Notes under the pieces: model-generated
Database searches by the model: none
The model's input: the letters and a program-made list of their open reading frames with translations, nothing else
What the model was told of the DNA's origin: nothing
Position numbers and translations under genes: made by a program
Virus record (IMG/VR): IMGVR_UViG_3300046168_000017
Coordinates: 1 to 59,609 of that record
Length of the DNA: 59,609 bases
Reading direction: 5' to 3' (one strand)
From: a virus
Lineage: Duplodnaviria > Caudoviricetes
Shown here: in pieces, positions 57,563 to 59,609 of the stretch
Numbering within the stretch: the stretch's first letter is position 1
How the letters are laid out: every line of letters starts with the position of its first letter

Positions 57563-58111
57563 TTATAGTGTATTTAGTGCGCCTTCTACTTCTTGAGAAA
57601 GAGCATACTTGGCTTTAATAGCCGATACTTTACCACCTGCTTTTATGTAGTCCTGGGCTTTACTAAAAGCTGGATCTTTTGTTGAGGTTAAAGTTGGTTT
57701 TTTTGGCGTAAATTTCTTTTTGCCATGATCATTTGTAGCGTCACTATCTGCAGTATCATCAATTAAGAATAAATTACCTAATGCGTATTTTTTAGCATAC
57801 GAAGATGCTGAACCAAATTGCTGAGGTGTTTGCATGCCTTTTTGATTTAAGTCTACACCAACTATAGCTGTAGCTTGTATAGCATTTTCGCCATCGGATA
57901 CAGTTGCAGTTGTTTGCATTATAGGCATATTGTGGTTATCGATTAGTTCTTCATTAATCGTTACCGATACTCCTAATTCTAATAAAAAGGGTTTTGTTGC
58001 TTCTAGGATGTCTTCGGCTGATCTGAAGTTGTACTTGCCGAAGGAGTTAAATCTACTTTTTTTCGATTTGAACTTTGTTTGAATTGTCGCTAATTTTTCG
58101 TTTATAGTCAT
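57563..58111 (-). CDS. ERF-family single-strand annealing protein
   Basis: FNSFGKYNFRSAEDI and Q..GSASSYAKKYAL..LF.IDD..DSD. Confidence 0.88.
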   Translation of the reverse strand: MTINEKLATIQTKFKSKKSRFNSFGKYNFRSAEDILEATKPFLLELGVSVTINEELIDNHNMPIMQTTATVSDGENAIQATAIVGVDLNQKGMQTPQQFGSASSYAKKYALGNLFLIDDTADSDATNDHGKKKFTPKKPTLTSTKDPAFSKAQDYIKAGGKVSAIKAKYALSQEVEGALNTL

Positions 58112-58185
58112 TCGTTTGTGTTTAAATTGCTTATTATTATAATTACATGTTTAATTGTTTGTTTACATTTTTCACTCTACTTAAC

Positions 58186-58947
58186 TTACACTATATCAAG
58201 TACTTGCGAGTGATCTACATTGTCTATTAGTTTTTGTACAGCTTGTTTTTTTAGTTCAGAAACACGTACATAAGCGCTGACACCATTTATTTTTAAATGA
58301 TCAGCTATTTCTCTTGCAGAGTGCTTATTACAATCTAAACCGTAGCTTAGTCTCAATGCTTCATACTCATTATAGTTTAAATATTTTTGCATTAAACCTT
58401 TTAGATATACGTTAAGTAACTGTATATTGTAAGGTTCTGATTTGTCGGCTATTTGATACATCATATTCTCTTCGTCATCGTTTGTAACTTGAGCGTCAAT
58501 ACTTAAAAATACAGAGTTAAAAAACAGTTCAACCATTTTTTTATCTTTAGGGTTTTTACGTATTTCATTTAGCTTATGCTCTGGTATACGCATATCGCCG
58601 CGAGCCATATCAATTCTACGTCTAATATTACCTTTAATTCTTTTACTAAAAAATGATTTTAATGTTTTCTCTATATCTTCTGATTCATTTAACATTTCCC
58701 AGTCAAGCTTATCTACAGCTTTAATTAAGCCTTCGTTACCTATTTGAAGTAAGTCATTAATACTTAAAACACCTGACGCTTGTTGTGTAGTTGAAAACTT
58801 ACGCGCTAGGTTTTCTACAAGAGGCATAAACTTAACGATGAGTTGATCTCTACTGTATTCATTCCATGTTAAACCTTCCATGTTTGCTATAGAAGTCTTT
58901 ACATCGTTTTTATATCTTATGTAGTTTTGTATGTTATATTTTTTCAT
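58186..58947 (-). CDS. Sigma70-family RNA polymerase sigma factor
   Basis: Region 2 LVENLARKF...DLLQIGNEGLIKAVDK; region 4 LRLSYGL....SAREIA..L...RVSELKKQAV.KL. Confidence 0.85.
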   Translation of the reverse strand: MKKYNIQNYIRYKNDVKTSIANMEGLTWNEYSRDQLIVKFMPLVENLARKFSTTQQASGVLSINDLLQIGNEGLIKAVDKLDWEMLNESEDIEKTLKSFFSKRIKGNIRRRIDMARGDMRIPEHKLNEIRKNPKDKKMVELFFNSVFLSIDAQVTNDDEENMMYQIADKSEPYNIQLLNVYLKGLMQKYLNYNEYEALRLSYGLDCNKHSAREIADHLKINGVSAYVRVSELKKQAVQKLIDNVDHSQVLDIV

Positions 58948-59044
58948 ATTTTTCTAGCTTTTCAAATGCTTGTGACATTAGTTCGTTATCAGCGTAGTAT
59001 ATATTACCTATACTTGCCATCCATTCGTTAAAATCTTTAATCAT
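58934..59044 (-). CDS. Very small hypothetical protein (not in the ORF track)
   Basis: MIKDFNEWMASIGNIYYADNELMSQAFEKLEKYEKI (36 aa); ATGA-coupled to the upstream stop; overlaps the sigma start. Confidence 0.5.
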   Translation of the reverse strand: MIKDFNEWMASIGNIYYADNELMSQAFEKLEKYEKI

Positions 59045-59609
59045 ATTTCTTGATTTAATATTGCTTTTTCTTTTCTTAAACAATCGTTTAAATTACGTTG
59101 TATAGTTCTAGTAGAACAGTTTAATAAACCAGCTATTCTACCCCATGTTATTGTTTTACCCATATCGTTTAGATCTAGCATGCATTGATAAATTGCTTCA
59201 CCATCTACACGACTAGATCTACCGATAAGCTTGCCAACGATACTCATCTTTTCGTTAGCAGTTAATCCGCTATAGTCTTTAAATATTATCTTACGTATTT
59301 TGTTTACAGGTGGTTCGCCACCATTTTTAAACACATCATCTATCATAGCTTGTAGCTTTTTATCACTTATAAAAAATGTTACAAAACCATTTTCTTTGTT
59401 AGCTATAAATTCATATACATGCGTAGGTAATAAACCTCTATCTTGATTAAGATAATATAAAACATAAAAATGCCACTTCAAAGATTTATATGTTGTAATC
59501 TTTGCTTTACTACGAAACAAATGATAACATTCATATGTACCATCTTCATAGTAACTATACAATGAGGTTTCGATCGTAGGTTTATCATTAACAGGATCTT
59601 TCCTGTAAT
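59041..59609 (-). CDS. HTH-containing protein, 5'-truncated by the window edge
   Basis: The frame is open to the window end (YRKDPVNDKPTIETSLYSYY...); C-terminal ITWGRIAGLLNCSTRTIQRNL helix-turn-helix. Confidence 0.75.
   Translation of the reverse strand, partial: YRKDPVNDKPTIETSLYSYYEDGTYECYHLFRSKAKITTYKSLKWHFYVLYYLNQDRGLLPTHVYEFIANKENGFVTFFISDKKLQAMIDDVFKNGGEPPVNKIRKIIFKDYSGLTANEKMSIVGKLIGRSSRVDGEAIYQCMLDLNDMGKTITWGRIAGLLNCSTRTIQRNLNDCLRKEKAILNQEI

Noticed and set aside
1-59609. tRNA genes, integrase, DNA polymerase
   Set aside because: No cloverleaf or T-loop signature was seen in the short intergenic gaps by eye, and no such protein motifs were found; they may lie outside the window. 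tRNAscan-SE would be decisive for tRNAs.

Overview
This window is about 60 kb of an AT-rich, lytic double-stranded DNA podovirus-type phage. The host is most likely a marine or aquatic Bacteroidota (Flavobacteriia) cell. This is inferred from the absence of Shine-Dalgarno motifs, the A/T-rich leaders, an NrdAi/NrdBi-type ribonucleotide reductase (RNR), and a gene order resembling GroEL-encoding Cellulophaga phi38:1-like phages. The + strand (about 486-48727) is the late arm: four modular tail-fibre genes, groEL-groES, a block of about 14 small genes, holin, a tandem GroES-like gene, terS/terL, portal, scaffold, major capsid protein (MCP), neck and tail genes, ejection proteins including a ~2,940-aa giant gene broken by two homopolymer indels, more small genes, and an amidase endolysin. 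The - strand (48822-end) is the replication arm: nrdA/nrdB, endonuclease I-like resolvase, two MazG-fold NTP pyrophosphatases, a T4 gp42-like dCMP-modifying thymidylate-synthase homologue, primase-helicase, SSB, exonuclease, ERF and a sigma factor. The two arms converge on a bidirectional terminator. The most notable signals are: (1) about 12 otherwise unrelated small basic proteins share an SP[FLIV] motif at the N-terminus or between modules and sit next to an HExxH metallopeptidase, a candidate capsid-targeting or processing system; (2) a 218-232-aa +1-frame ORF with a lipoprotein-like signal is overprinted on terL exactly where GC rises, and similar +1 ORFs lie in nrdA/nrdB; (3) a probable cytosine-modification cassette; (4) a mini-pseudoknot leader present twice with compensatory changes; (5) a second, tandem GroES-like gene. 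No tRNA, CRISPR array, integrase or DNA polymerase was seen. All family assignments come from motif recognition by eye, not from database searches.
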